Positions 39,380 to 48,687 of a stretch of 64,000 nt of DNA are shown one piece after another. The notes beneath the pieces were generated by a model that was not told the DNA's origin, made no database searches, and saw only the letters and a list, made by a program, of their open reading frames with translations. Every line of letters begins with the position of its first letter. The stretch's first letter is position 1. Source of the stretch: Caulobacteraceae bacterium (GTDB lineage Bacteria > Pseudomonadota > Alphaproteobacteria > Caulobacterales > Caulobacteraceae); assembly GCA_036494815.1 (NCBI GenBank), contig DASXNV010000030.1, forward strand, positions 44,858 through 108,857, given 5' to 3'. A program made the translations under genes and the position numbers.

Positions 39380-39889
39380 TCAGGCTTGGCCGACGGTCTC
39401 GAACATGCAGGCCGCCATGGCGTCTTCCGGCGACTTGGAGCCCTTCAGCAGAAAGTCGAAAGCCGGATAGAAACGATCGGCCGCCTCGACCGCGGCGTCG
39501 ATCATCGAGGCCGCCTGGGCCAGGGTCGGGCGTTCGCCCTGCGGCACTGACAGGGCGTGGCGGAACACCACCTCGCCGCCATCGCTCCAGACCTCGAAAT
39601 GGCCGAGCCAGATGCGCTGGTTGATCAGGGACAGAAGCTCGAACGCCGAACCGCGCTTGGACTTGGGCGTGCGCATGTCCAGGGAAAGGCACAGCTGCAG
39701 GCAGTCGGCCTCGGGCCGCCAGGCGAACCACAGCTCATAGTCCTTCCAGTCGCCGGTGAGGGCGAAGGCCAGGTCACCGTCTTCGGTGCGATCAAAGGTC
39801 AGGTTTTCGGCGGTCAGCACGTGTTCGACCACGTCAAGAGGATCGAAGCTCAGGTCGACTTCGTCTTCTTCCGACTGAGGGGTGTCCAT
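39380..39889 (-). CDS. YbjN-domain protein
   Basis: Acidic ~170 aa protein. NPLD..E....A..LTFDR..D.EL and LS..N..LW.G.F pattern. This is the usual neighbour of proC in alphaproteobacteria (from memory). Confidence 0.8.
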   Translation of the reverse strand: MDTPQSEEDEVDLSFDPLDVVEHVLTAENLTFDRTEDGDLAFALTGDWKDYELWFAWRPEADCLQLCLSLDMRTPKSKRGSAFELLSLINQRIWLGHFEVWSDGGEVVFRHALSVPQGERPTLAQAASMIDAAVEAADRFYPAFDFLLKGSKSPEDAMAACMFETVGQA

Positions 39890-40040
39890 AGAACCTTATC
39901 CCTTCCGAGGGCGACGGCGGCGCGCGACGCCGGCGAGTCACCCTCTAGGCCTGCAGCCTAATCTGCTTCGCGGCGTCCGTCACAAGCACCTTCTTGCGAA
40001 CGGCGAGCCCAAATTTCGTTTTTGTTGCTCAATTCCCGTT

Positions 40041-40277
40041 TCAGGATTGGGCGGCGGCCTTTTCGGCCTTCAGCGCTGCGACTTCGTCACGCAGGGCCTG
40101 AAGCTCGGCCTTGAGCGCCTCGAACTCATCACGGCGCACCAGGTCCATCTCCGCCACCAGCCGGTCGGCCTGGGCGCGGAAGGCGGTTTTAGCCTCTTCG
40201 CCGGCGGCCTGGGCGAGGCCCATGGCCGCGGTGGACAGTTTGGCGAACTCGTCAAGGAAGGGGTTTTGCGTCTGCAT
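40041..40277 (-). CDS. ubiK: UbiK/BMFP-family accessory factor (coiled coil)
   Basis: MQTQNPFLDEFAKL....MG.A......K....A....LV.EMDLV.R.EFEA matches the YqiC/UbiK pattern. Confidence 0.8.
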   Translation of the reverse strand: MQTQNPFLDEFAKLSTAAMGLAQAAGEEAKTAFRAQADRLVAEMDLVRRDEFEALKAELQALRDEVAALKAEKAAAQS

Positions 40278-40373
40278 GGGCCTCATATAGGGCAAACGAG
40301 CGGTAAATGCGAAGGGGCTCCCGCCGGACGAGAGCCCCTGCTAAACCCGGACCGTCCATAGCGAGGGTCGTCC

Positions 40374-41222
40374 GTGCCGTTTCCCAACTTCAACCCGGTT
40401 CTGCTGCAGCTCGGGCCCCTGGCCATCCGCTGGTACGCCCTGGCCTATATCGCCGGAATCCTGTTGGGCTGGCGTTATTGTTTGATGCTGATCCGCGATC
40501 AGCGCCTGTGGACACCGGGCCGACCGCCAGCCACCCAGATTCAGATCGACGACCTGGTGGTGTGGGTCACTCTGGGCGTCATCCTCGGCGGACGGACCGG
40601 CTATGTGCTGTTCTATGGGCAAGGGCAGTTCAGCCAGGACTGGCTGGAAGTGTTCAAGCTTTGGCATGGCGGCATGTCGTTCCACGGCGGCTTCATCGGC
40701 GTCTGCCTCGCCGTGGCGCTGTTTTCGATCGTCAACCGCCTGGACATGCTGCGCCTGGGGGACCTGATCGCGCCCTGCGCGCCCATCGGCCTGTTCTTTG
40801 GCCGCATCGCCAACTTCATCAATGGCGAGCTGTGGGGGCGGCCGACCCATCTGCCTTGGGGAATCATCTTCCCCGGAGCCCCGGATCATCCTGCGGTTCC
40901 CCGCCATCCAAGCCAAATCTACGAAGCCGGACTGGAAGGTCTGGTCCTGTTCCTGTTGCTGCGTTGGGCCACACACGGCGGGCGCTGGCTACCGCGCCGG
41001 GGCGCCCTGACCGGCCTGTTCCTGCTGGGGTATGGCGTCGCCCGCATCTCGTTGGAGAATGTGCGAAATCCCGATTTGAACATGCCGAACTTCCCCCTCG
41101 GCCTGACCATGGGCATGATCCTGTCGATCCCCATGGTCCTGACTGGCGTTTGGCTGATCTGGCGCTCGCGCAGGCCCGAAGCGCTGGCCGCCAGCGCCGA
41201 GCTGGAGCAACCGCAGGCTTGA
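40374..41222 (+). CDS. lgt: Prolipoprotein diacylglyceryl transferase
   Basis: GTG start after GCGAGGG. GPLAIRWYALAYI.G, WHGGMSFHGG, FGRIANFINGELWGRPT. Confidence 0.9.
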   Translation: MPFPNFNPVLLQLGPLAIRWYALAYIAGILLGWRYCLMLIRDQRLWTPGRPPATQIQIDDLVVWVTLGVILGGRTGYVLFYGQGQFSQDWLEVFKLWHGGMSFHGGFIGVCLAVALFSIVNRLDMLRLGDLIAPCAPIGLFFGRIANFINGELWGRPTHLPWGIIFPGAPDHPAVPRHPSQIYEAGLEGLVLFLLLRWATHGGRWLPRRGALTGLFLLGYGVARISLENVRNPDLNMPNFPLGLTMGMILSIPMVLTGVWLIWRSRRPEALAASAELEQPQA

Positions 41223-42304
41223 GCAAAAAGGCGATCAGTCTGAAAGCGCGGCTGGCGGAGCAGATCAGCGCCAGCGGGCCGCTGACCATCGCCCAGTTCA
41301 TGACCGCCTGTCTGCACGACCCTCACGCCGGCTACTACGCCACCCGGCCAGCCCTAGGCGCGGAGGGTGATTTTATCACCGCGCCCCTTGTCTCGCAGAT
41401 GTTCGGTGAATTGATCGGATTGTGGGCGGTGGAGACCTGGCGCGACCTTGGACGCCCATCCCCGTTCCACCTGATCGAGGCGGGGCCCGGCGATGGAACC
41501 TTGATGGCCGATCTGTTGCGGGCGGCCAAGCTCGATCCTGACTTTCTGGCCGCCGCCGACCTCTGGCTGATCGAAACCAGCCCACCCCTGGCCGCACGCC
41601 AGGCGGAGCGGTTGGCCGGCGCGCCGATCGCGCCCCGTTGGGCCCGTTCCCTGGCCGAGGTTCCCGAGGGCGCAGCCATGATCCTGATCGCCAACGAGCT
41701 TCTGGACTGCCTGCCTGTGCGCCAATTCGTGCGCGTGACCGGCGGCTGGGCCGAGCGCATGGTTGGCCTGGATCAGGCCGGCGCCCTGGCCTTTGGCCTT
41801 GCCGCCTGCCCGCCGGGGGTGGTTGCCGCCCTGGACGCCGCGCCCGGCGACATCGTCGAATTGTCCGCCGCCCAGGCCGCCCTGGGGGCCGAGATCGGCG
41901 CCCGCCTCGCCAGGTTCGGCGGGGCGGGCCTTTTGATCGACTATGGCCGCGCACATTTCGAGACCGGCGACACCCTTCAGGCGCTCAAGCAGCATGAGAA
42001 GGTCGATCCCCTGGCCACGGCGGGCGAGGCCGATCTGACCGTCCACGCCGACTTCCCGGCCGTCGCCGCCGCCGCCAAAGCCGAAGGTGCGATGGCGGCG
42101 CTGCTCACCCAGGGGGAGTTGCTGCGCCGGCTGGGGATCGACGCCCGCGCCGCCGCCCTGTCCCGCGCCCGCCCGGACCAGGCGGCGATCCTGGCTCGCC
42201 AGCTCGCCCGCCTGACCGGCGACGACCAGATGGGGCGCCTGTTCAAGGCGCTTTGCCTTTATGCTCCAGGCCAGACGCCGCCCGCGTTCGAGACCAATTC
42301 ATGA
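41219..42304 (+). CDS. Class I SAM-dependent methyltransferase, MidA/NDUFAF7 (DUF185) family
   Basis: TTG start overlapping the lgt stop codon (cTTGAg). GPLT.AQFM..CL.DP..GYY......G..GDFITAP..SQMFGE and ANELLDCLPVRQF motifs. Confidence 0.8.
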   Translation: MSKKAISLKARLAEQISASGPLTIAQFMTACLHDPHAGYYATRPALGAEGDFITAPLVSQMFGELIGLWAVETWRDLGRPSPFHLIEAGPGDGTLMADLLRAAKLDPDFLAAADLWLIETSPPLAARQAERLAGAPIAPRWARSLAEVPEGAAMILIANELLDCLPVRQFVRVTGGWAERMVGLDQAGALAFGLAACPPGVVAALDAAPGDIVELSAAQAALGAEIGARLARFGGAGLLIDYGRAHFETGDTLQALKQHEKVDPLATAGEADLTVHADFPAVAAAAKAEGAMAALLTQGELLRRLGIDARAAALSRARPDQAAILARQLARLTGDDQMGRLFKALCLYAPGQTPPAFETNS

Positions 42305-43074
42305 CCCTTGCTCCCCTGCAATCGCCCTTGCTGGCCAGCCTGGCCGGCGTGCGGCACGGCTTCTTCACTCGGCGTGGCGGCGCATCCGAAGGGATCTATG
42401 CCGGCCTCAATGTGGGACGCGGGTCCCGCGACGATCCAACGGCGGTGCGCGAGAACCGCACCCGGGCCGCAGCCTGGTTCGGTGTGGGCGAGCCGGCCCT
42501 GCTCTGCGCCTACCAGATCCATTCCGACATCGCCCACGTGGTGGACGGCGTCTGGAACCAGCCGACCCAGGCCGACGCCCTGGTTTCGGCCACGCCCGAC
42601 CTGGTCTGCGGCGCCCTGTCAGCCGATTGCGCGCCGATCTTGATCGCCGATGCGCGGGCCAGGGTGGTGGCCAGCGCCCATGCCGGCTGGCGCGGCGCCC
42701 TGGGCGGGGTGGTGGCTTCGGCCGTCGAGGCGATGAAGGCCCTGGGGGCCGAGCCGTCGCGCATGATCGCCGCGGTGGGGCCGTGTATCGGCCCCCGGTC
42801 CTATGAAGTGGGGCTGGAGTTCCTCGACCGCTTCGAAGCCGAGTCGCCAGGGTCCGAACGATTCTTCGCCCCCGGCGTCAGCGCGGACAAGCGCCTGTTC
42901 GATTTGCCGGGGTTTGTGCTGACGCGCCTGAACGACGCAGGCGTGGCCAAGGCCGAATGGATCGGCGCCGACACCCTGGCCGACGAAGCCGCCTTCTTCT
43001 CCAATCGCCGGGCGGTGTTGCGCGGGGACGGGGACTACGGCCGTCTGCTGTCGGCGATCATGCTGGAAGGTTAG
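42301..43074 (+). CDS. pgeF: Peptidoglycan editing factor PgeF (YfiH/DUF152 laccase-domain protein)
   Basis: ATGA overlap with the upstream gene. HGFFTRRGG.S.G.Y..LN, Q.H....V, ADC.PIL....., and HAGWRG motifs. Confidence 0.88.
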   Translation: MTLAPLQSPLLASLAGVRHGFFTRRGGASEGIYAGLNVGRGSRDDPTAVRENRTRAAAWFGVGEPALLCAYQIHSDIAHVVDGVWNQPTQADALVSATPDLVCGALSADCAPILIADARARVVASAHAGWRGALGGVVASAVEAMKALGAEPSRMIAAVGPCIGPRSYEVGLEFLDRFEAESPGSERFFAPGVSADKRLFDLPGFVLTRLNDAGVAKAEWIGADTLADEAAFFSNRRAVLRGDGDYGRLLSAIMLEG

Positions 43075-43149
43075 GCCCGCCGGGACTTGCCCCCGGGCGT
43101 GACCCTGATAGAAGCCCGGACGACTGACGCTCCCCGGACGGATCCGACC

Positions 43150-44085
43150 ATGAAGCTGCTCGCCGGCAACTCCAATCCCCATTTGTCCGAAGCGATCGCA
43201 GACTATCTCGATCTGCCCCTGACCAAGGCCCAGGTTCGTCGGTTCCCGGACAATGAGGTATTCGTCATCATCGACGAAAACGTGCGCGGCGAGGACGTGT
43301 TCGTGGTCCAGTCGACCAGCTTCCCGGCCAATGACAATCTGATGGAGCTGCTGATCTGCATCGACGCCCTGACCCGGGCCTCGGCCAAGCGGATCACGGC
43401 GGTGATCCCCTATTTCGGCTATGCCCGGCAGGATCGAAAGACCGGCGGCCGCACGCCGATCTCGGCCAAGCTGGTGGCCAATCTGATCACGCGCGCCGGC
43501 GCCGACCGGGTTTTGACCATGGACCTGCATGCCGGCCAGATTCAGGGCTTCTTCGATATTCCCACCGACAACCTGCTGGCCACCCCGGTCCTGGCCGACG
43601 ACATCCGGCTGCACTATCAGAAGACCGAAGAGCTGATGATCGTCTCGCCCGACGTGGGCGGGGTGGTGCGCGCCCGCGCCCTGGCCAAGCGGCTGAACGC
43701 GGACCTTGCCATTGTCGACAAGCGCCGGTCCGGCCCGGGCCAGAGCGAAGTGATGAATATCATCGGCGACGTGAGCAATCGCCGCTGCATCATGTTCGAT
43801 GACATCGTCGACTCAGCCGGCACCTTGTGCAACGCCGCCCAGGCTCTGATCGAGCACGGCGCGACCGAGGTCGCGGCCTATGTGACTCATGGCGTTCTGT
43901 CCGGCGCCGCCACCGAGCGGGTGCAAAACTCGGTGCTGAAGGAACTGGTGGTCACCGATTCGATCGAGGCGGCCAATCCGGTGCAGACCTGTTCCAAGGT
44001 GCGCCTGGTCAGTGTCGCCCCGCTGATCGGCGAAGCCATCCGGCGCATCGCCAACGAAGAATCCGTCTCCAAGCTGTTCGACTAA
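43150..44085 (+). CDS. prs: Ribose-phosphate pyrophosphokinase
   Basis: [44 protein letters not shown] and [10 protein letters not shown] motifs. Confidence 0.92.
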   Translation: MKLLAGNSNPHLSEAIADYLDLPLTKAQVRRFPDNEVFVIIDENVRGEDVFVVQSTSFPANDNLMELLICIDALTRASAKRITAVIPYFGYARQDRKTGGRTPISAKLVANLITRAGADRVLTMDLHAGQIQGFFDIPTDNLLATPVLADDIRLHYQKTEELMIVSPDVGGVVRARALAKRLNADLAIVDKRRSGPGQSEVMNIIGDVSNRRCIMFDDIVDSAGTLCNAAQALIEHGATEVAAYVTHGVLSGAATERVQNSVLKELVVTDSIEAANPVQTCSKVRLVSVAPLIGEAIRRIANEESVSKLFD

Positions 44086-44200
44086 AACACCTCCCCGACG
44101 CAACGATCGCGCGGGATGGGTCGTTATCGCCCAAGCGCCATATTGTGGTCGCCGGCGCGCCCTAGAGCGTGCCCATCCGTTCTATAAGGGGGAAACCGGC

Positions 44201-45259
44201 GTGTATCTCGCTCGTTCCAGGCGTTTTTTCGTATCAATCGCCGCCCTGTGCGCCACCGCCGCCCTGGCCGGCTGCAACACGCCAGCTCCGCCCCCACCCC
44301 CGCCACCGCCCCCGCCGCCGCCAGCCCCGGCGGCCTTGTCGCTGTCCTCGGCGGTGATCCAGAGCGCGGCGGCCTATCAGGCCTATATGGCCCGCGCTAC
44401 GGCCATCAAGCCGGACTTCCAGAGCGGTCAGGACGTGGCCGACCGGCTCAAATCCGCCGAGAGCTACGACCCGGCGGCGCTGACCCGCGGCGAGATCGCT
44501 TTCGCCGCCATCGCCGCCCTGCAAGACCCCGCCTTCGTCGCCGAGGTGCGCGGGTTCAGCATCGACCCCGCCGGCCGCCAGCAGATGACCAACACCATCG
44601 CCAGCGACCCCAACTATGTCGCCGCCTTCAAGAGCGCGCCCACCGCCGCGGGTCAGGCGATCGCGGCCCTGATGGGCCAGGGGCAGGCCCTGGAGTCTGA
44701 AGGAGAAGCGGTCAAGCAGTCAGCCTACGACCTGCAGCACCAGGCGTGGTCAAAGGAATTGGTCGCCAACCGCGACGAGCGCCTGCTGCTGGCCAAGACG
44801 GAGGCGACCAGCACGCCCCCGGCAAGCATCGACGACGCCAATCGTATGCAACAGGCCGCCACCGGCGCCGCACCGCTGATGACCATGAACGCCATTGCGG
44901 CCACGCCGCCCTATCCGCCGGCGGTGGTCCGCGGCATGGCCATCGCCGCCCTGGCCCTGCTGGGCAATGCGGGAGACGAGAACGCCGCCCTGACCGAGCC
45001 CCTGCTGGCCGATCCGCCGGACCAGACCTGCCTGACCATGGCCAAGCTGAACCTCTATCAGTGCCTTGCCGTGTCCAAGCCGCACTATGAGGATGTGTTC
45101 TGCCTTGGCCAGCATGTGATGATGGACACGGGCCAATGCGTCCGGATCGCGGCCGGGGCCGCTGCGCCGGTGGTCGCGCCGATGCCGGTGTCCAAGACCG
45201 AAACCGCCTACGGCGCCAAGCCGAAGGCGGCGAGAAAGAAACATAAGCGGGCCGCCTGA
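44201..45259 (+). CDS. Lipoprotein of unknown function with a Pro12 linker
   Basis: GTG after AAGGGGGA. Lipobox ALAGC, followed by NTPA-P12-APA. Confidence 0.7.
   Translation: MYLARSRRFFVSIAALCATAALAGCNTPAPPPPPPPPPPPPAPAALSLSSAVIQSAAAYQAYMARATAIKPDFQSGQDVADRLKSAESYDPAALTRGEIAFAAIAALQDPAFVAEVRGFSIDPAGRQQMTNTIASDPNYVAAFKSAPTAAGQAIAALMGQGQALESEGEAVKQSAYDLQHQAWSKELVANRDERLLLAKTEATSTPPASIDDANRMQQAATGAAPLMTMNAIAATPPYPPAVVRGMAIAALALLGNAGDENAALTEPLLADPPDQTCLTMAKLNLYQCLAVSKPHYEDVFCLGQHVMMDTGQCVRIAAGAAAPVVAPMPVSKTETAYGAKPKAARKKHKRAA
44288..44323 (+). repeat. (CCN)12 run encoding twelve consecutive prolines
   Basis: Read directly from the sequence. In frame with the CDS at 44201-45259. Confidence 0.9.
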
Positions 45260-45272
45260 TCCGGTCTCGATG

Positions 45273-45301
45273 GGCGCCGAACGCGAAATGATGTCGGCGC
45301 C
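45273..45301 (+). terminator. Hairpin (ggcgccga / tcggcgcc, 13-nt loop) 14 nt after the lipoprotein gene stop codon
   Basis: Perfect 8-bp stem, followed by GTTGCTTCG. Confidence 0.4.
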
Positions 45302-45354
45302 GTTGCTTCGCGGGCGGGAAGTGTGTATCTAGCGCCCCCTATTCATCCGACCCA

Positions 45355-45388
45355 CGCCGCGCGGACTTTTGCGCGGCGTTTCGTTTCG
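45355..45388 (+). terminator. Terminator-like hairpin + U-rich tract (cgccgcgc-ggactttt-gcgcggcg-TTTCGTTTCG) ending 6 nt before the rplY start codon; possible leader/attenuator
   Basis: Perfect 8-bp GC stem followed by a T-rich run. There is no room for a promoter between it and the rplY ATG. Confidence 0.5.
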
Positions 45389-45393
45389 AGAGC

Positions 45394-46005
45394 ATGGCCA
45401 TGGCCGATATCGTCCTCAATGTCGAAGTCCGCGAACGCACTGGCACAGGCGGCGCGCGCGAAGTCCGCCGCGCCGGCAAGGTGCCCGGCGTGCTTTACGG
45501 CGGAACGCTTGAGCCAGTGGCCGTCGCGGTCCGCTCCAACGAGTTCCGCAAGGCGCTGCACTCGGGCAAGCTGCTCGGCCACCGCGTGACCCTGAAATAT
45601 GGCGACGAGACCCAACCGGTCATCGCCAAGGACGTCCAGTTCCATCCCGTGACGGATGAGCCGGTCCATTTCGACCTCTACCGGATCGATGCGCACCAGC
45701 TGATCAAGATCTCGGTCCCGGTTCACTTCAAGAACCACGAAGGCTCGCCCGGCCTGAAGCGCGGCGGCACGCTGAACGTGGCTGTGCACGAAGTCGAACT
45801 GATGGTGCCCGCCGACTCGATCCCCGAGGAACTGGTGGTCGACCTGACCGGTCTGGATATCGGGGCCGCCATTCGCGCCGCCGACCTGACCTTGCCCGCG
45901 GGCGCCAAGCTGTCGGCCCACGACCGCGACGCCACCGTCGCCTCGATCGCCACGTCTTCGGCCATGCAGTCGCTCGACGCCGACGAAACCACCGAAGAAG
46001 CCTAA
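45394..46005 (+). CDS. rplY: 50S ribosomal protein L25 / general stress protein Ctc
   Basis: L.VEVRERTGTGGAREVRRAGKVPGVLYGG and HPVTDEPVHFDLYRI motifs. Confidence 0.92.
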   Translation: MAMADIVLNVEVRERTGTGGAREVRRAGKVPGVLYGGTLEPVAVAVRSNEFRKALHSGKLLGHRVTLKYGDETQPVIAKDVQFHPVTDEPVHFDLYRIDAHQLIKISVPVHFKNHEGSPGLKRGGTLNVAVHEVELMVPADSIPEELVVDLTGLDIGAAIRAADLTLPAGAKLSAHDRDATVASIATSSAMQSLDADETTEEA

Positions 46006-46054
46006 ACCTATAAGGCCCCTCCTCAAGGAGGGGCCCCTTGCCGGGAGACGCCGG

Positions 46055-46672
46055 ATGCTGATCCTGGCCGGCCTTGGCAATCCGGGCGCGAAATACGCGC
46101 ACAATCGACACAATATCGGCTTTCTGGCGCTAAGCGCGATTGCTCAGCGCTGGCGCTTCGGGCCTGAGCGAGGGCGCTTTCACAGCCTGGCCGCCGAAGG
46201 CGCGATCGATACGCCGAACGGCGCGGTCAAGGCCCTGCTGCTCAAGCCTCAGACCTTCTACAACGAGACCGGCCGCGCGGTGTCCGAGGCCATGAAGTTT
46301 TTCAAGCTCGCTCCGGCCGACGTGGTCGTCTTCTATGACGAGATCGACCTGGCGCCCGGCCGCTTCCGCATGAAGACCGGCGGCGGCGCCGCCGGCAACA
46401 ACGGCATCCGCTCGATCACCGCCCATATCGGCGCAGAGTTTCGCCGCGCGCGCATGGGCACCGGCCATCCTGGCCATAAGGACCGGGTGATGGGCCACGT
46501 ACTCTCCGATTTCCACAAGGTCGAGCGCGACTGGGTCAATGCCCTGTGCAACGCCTGCGCCGACGCCCTGCCTCTGCTGGCCGCCGGCGAGGATGAGAAA
46601 TATCAGGCCGAAGTCATGCGCCTGGCCCCTGCGGACAAGGCCGATCCGCGCCAAACCGCGCGCGGCGATTGA
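46055..46672 (+). CDS. pth: Peptidyl-tRNA hydrolase
   Basis: MLILAGLGNPGAKYAHNRHNIGF, KPQTFYNETG and GGAAGNNGIRS motifs. Confidence 0.92.
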   Translation: MLILAGLGNPGAKYAHNRHNIGFLALSAIAQRWRFGPERGRFHSLAAEGAIDTPNGAVKALLLKPQTFYNETGRAVSEAMKFFKLAPADVVVFYDEIDLAPGRFRMKTGGGAAGNNGIRSITAHIGAEFRRARMGTGHPGHKDRVMGHVLSDFHKVERDWVNALCNACADALPLLAAGEDEKYQAEVMRLAPADKADPRQTARGD

Positions 46673-46723
46673 CCAATCTCGCACCGCCGTGAAATAGGCG
46701 GGTGCGGCAACTTCGGAACGGCG

Positions 46724-47473
46724 ATGCTTTCACTAGCTCCTCTTGGCATTTTGGTGCTGATCTTCTCGATCGTCCTGTGCGTGCATGTGGTGCGCACTGG
46801 CCAGCCGATGTACTGGCTGTGGATCATTCTGGCGTTCCAGGGCATAGGCGGCCTGATCTACCTGATCACCGTCATCCTGCCGGAGCTGTCCGGGGGCAAG
46901 GCCGCCCGCCGTATCACCTCGACCGCCCGCGAGACCCTCGACCCCCAACGCGACTACCGGACTGCCAAGATCGCCTATGACGACAGCCCGACCGTGGCCA
47001 ACGCCATCAGGATGGCCAACGCCGCCGCCGGCCTGGGCCGCCACACGGAGGCCGAAAGCCTCTACGCCGCCGCGGCTCAGGGCGTGCACGCCGACGATCC
47101 CACGCTTCTGCTCGGCCGCGCCAACGCCCTGATCGAGCTTGGCCGGTTCGCCGAGGCTCTGCCCCTGCTCGACCGCCAGGCGGCGCTGGCCGACAAGGCC
47201 CTGCGCACGCCTCAGGCCGCCCTGGCCCAGGGCCGGGCCTATGAGGGCCTGGGGCGCCTCCCAGAGGCTCAGGAGGCCTATGAATTCGCCGCGGGCCGCC
47301 TGCCTGGCATGGAGGCCCTGGGCCGCTACGCCGCCTTCCTGGCCCGCGCCGGCCGCAGGGCCGAGGCGCAGGAGCAGCTTGACGAGATCGACCGCCGGAT
47401 CCGCAAGGCCGACCCCTATTTCCGCAAGGAGGCTCGCATCTGGCGTGACCTGGCGGCCCAGGCGATCGGTTAG
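46724..47473 (+). CDS. Membrane-anchored tetratricopeptide-repeat protein
   Basis: Two N-terminal TM helices (ILVLIFSIVLCVHVV..., YWLWIILAFQGIGGLIYLITVIL), then Ala/Leu-rich TPR-like repeats. Confidence 0.75.
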   Translation: MLSLAPLGILVLIFSIVLCVHVVRTGQPMYWLWIILAFQGIGGLIYLITVILPELSGGKAARRITSTARETLDPQRDYRTAKIAYDDSPTVANAIRMANAAAGLGRHTEAESLYAAAAQGVHADDPTLLLGRANALIELGRFAEALPLLDRQAALADKALRTPQAALAQGRAYEGLGRLPEAQEAYEFAAGRLPGMEALGRYAAFLARAGRRAEAQEQLDEIDRRIRKADPYFRKEARIWRDLAAQAIG

Positions 47474-47567
47474 ACCGCACGCAAGACTGGCCTTCAGCCC
47501 CAGCCTTCGCCATAAGACCGCCTGACCCGGGCTCCAGGCCCTTTTGTTTCAAATCCCAGAGGACCCG

Positions 47568-48665
47568 ATGGCCCTAAAAGTCGCCATCGTCGGCCTGCCG
47601 AACGTCGGCAAGTCGACCCTGTTCAACGCCCTGACCCAGACGGCGGCGGCCCAGGCGGCCAACTATCCGTTCTGCACCATCGAACCCAATGTGGGCGACG
47701 TGGCCGTGCCCGAGCCCCGGCTGGAGGCCCTGGCCGCCATCGCCGGCTCGAAAGAGATCATTCCGGCGCGGATCAACTTCGTCGACGTGGCGGGCCTGGT
47801 GCGGGGCGCGTCCAAGGGCGAGGGCCTGGGCAACCAGTTCCTGGCCACCATCCGCGACTGCGACGCCGTGGCCTTCGTGGCCCGCTGCTTCGTCGACGAT
47901 GACATCACCCATGTGGAAGGTCGCATCGATCCCATCTCCGACCTCGACATCATCGAGACCGAGCTGATGCTGGCCGATCTGGAAAGCCTGGAAAAGCGGG
48001 TGACCGGCCTGGAGAAGCGGGCCAAGGGCGGCGACAAGGAAAGCATCACCACCCTGCGCCTGGTCAAGCTGGCCTTGGCTCAGCTGAGCCAAGGCCGACC
48101 GGCCTTCACCGCCGACGTTCCCGCCGAGGACGACAAGGCCTGGCGCATGCTGCAGCTTTTGACCGCCAAACCGGCCCTCTATGTCTGCAATGTGGACGAA
48201 GCCTCGGCCAAGGACGGCAACGCCTTTTCGGACCTCGTCGCCGAGCGGGCGGCCAAGGACGGCGCCGACAGCGTGGTCATCTCCGCCCAGATCGACAGCG
48301 AGATCGCGCTTCTGGCCGCGGACGAGCGCGCCGAATTCCTGGAGACCCTGGGACTGGAGGAGCCCGGCCTGAACCGGCTGATCCGTCAGGCCTATCACCT
48401 GCTGGGCCTGCAGACCTATTTCACCGTGGGTCCCAAAGAAGCCCGCGCCTGGACCATCCATGTGGGCGACACCGCGCCGCAGAGCGCTGGGGTGATCCAT
48501 ACCGACTTCGAAAAAGGCTTCATCCGGGCTGAAACCATCGCCTACGATGACTATGTGCGATTGAAGGGCGAGGCGGGGGCCAGGGAGGCCGGTCGCATGC
48601 GCCTGGAAGGCAAGGAGTACGTCGTCCAGGACGGCGACGTCATGCACTTCCGGTTCAACACCTAG
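47568..48665 (+). CDS. ychF: Redox-regulated ATPase YchF
   Basis: MALKVAIVGLPNVGKSTLFNALT, FVDVAGLV.GAS.GEGLGNQFL, and the C-terminal TGS-like domain. Confidence 0.92.
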   Translation: MALKVAIVGLPNVGKSTLFNALTQTAAAQAANYPFCTIEPNVGDVAVPEPRLEALAAIAGSKEIIPARINFVDVAGLVRGASKGEGLGNQFLATIRDCDAVAFVARCFVDDDITHVEGRIDPISDLDIIETELMLADLESLEKRVTGLEKRAKGGDKESITTLRLVKLALAQLSQGRPAFTADVPAEDDKAWRMLQLLTAKPALYVCNVDEASAKDGNAFSDLVAERAAKDGADSVVISAQIDSEIALLAADERAEFLETLGLEEPGLNRLIRQAYHLLGLQTYFTVGPKEARAWTIHVGDTAPQSAGVIHTDFEKGFIRAETIAYDDYVRLKGEAGAREAGRMRLEGKEYVVQDGDVMHFRFNT

Positions 48666-48687
48666 CGGAAACAGCAAGGATCCCAGC

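Noticed and set aside
40307-42304. A single 665-aa ORF suggesting a large fusion protein.
   Set aside because: The first ~300 codons are an out-of-frame Arg/Pro-rich read across lgt. The recognisable MidA/DUF185 methyltransferase sequence begins at the TTG at 41219, which overlaps the lgt stop codon.
47529-47549. A small hairpin GGGC-tccag-GCCC followed by TTTTGTTT upstream of ychF, considered as a terminator.
   Set aside because: The stem is only 4 bp. That is too weak to call without experimental 3'-end data.
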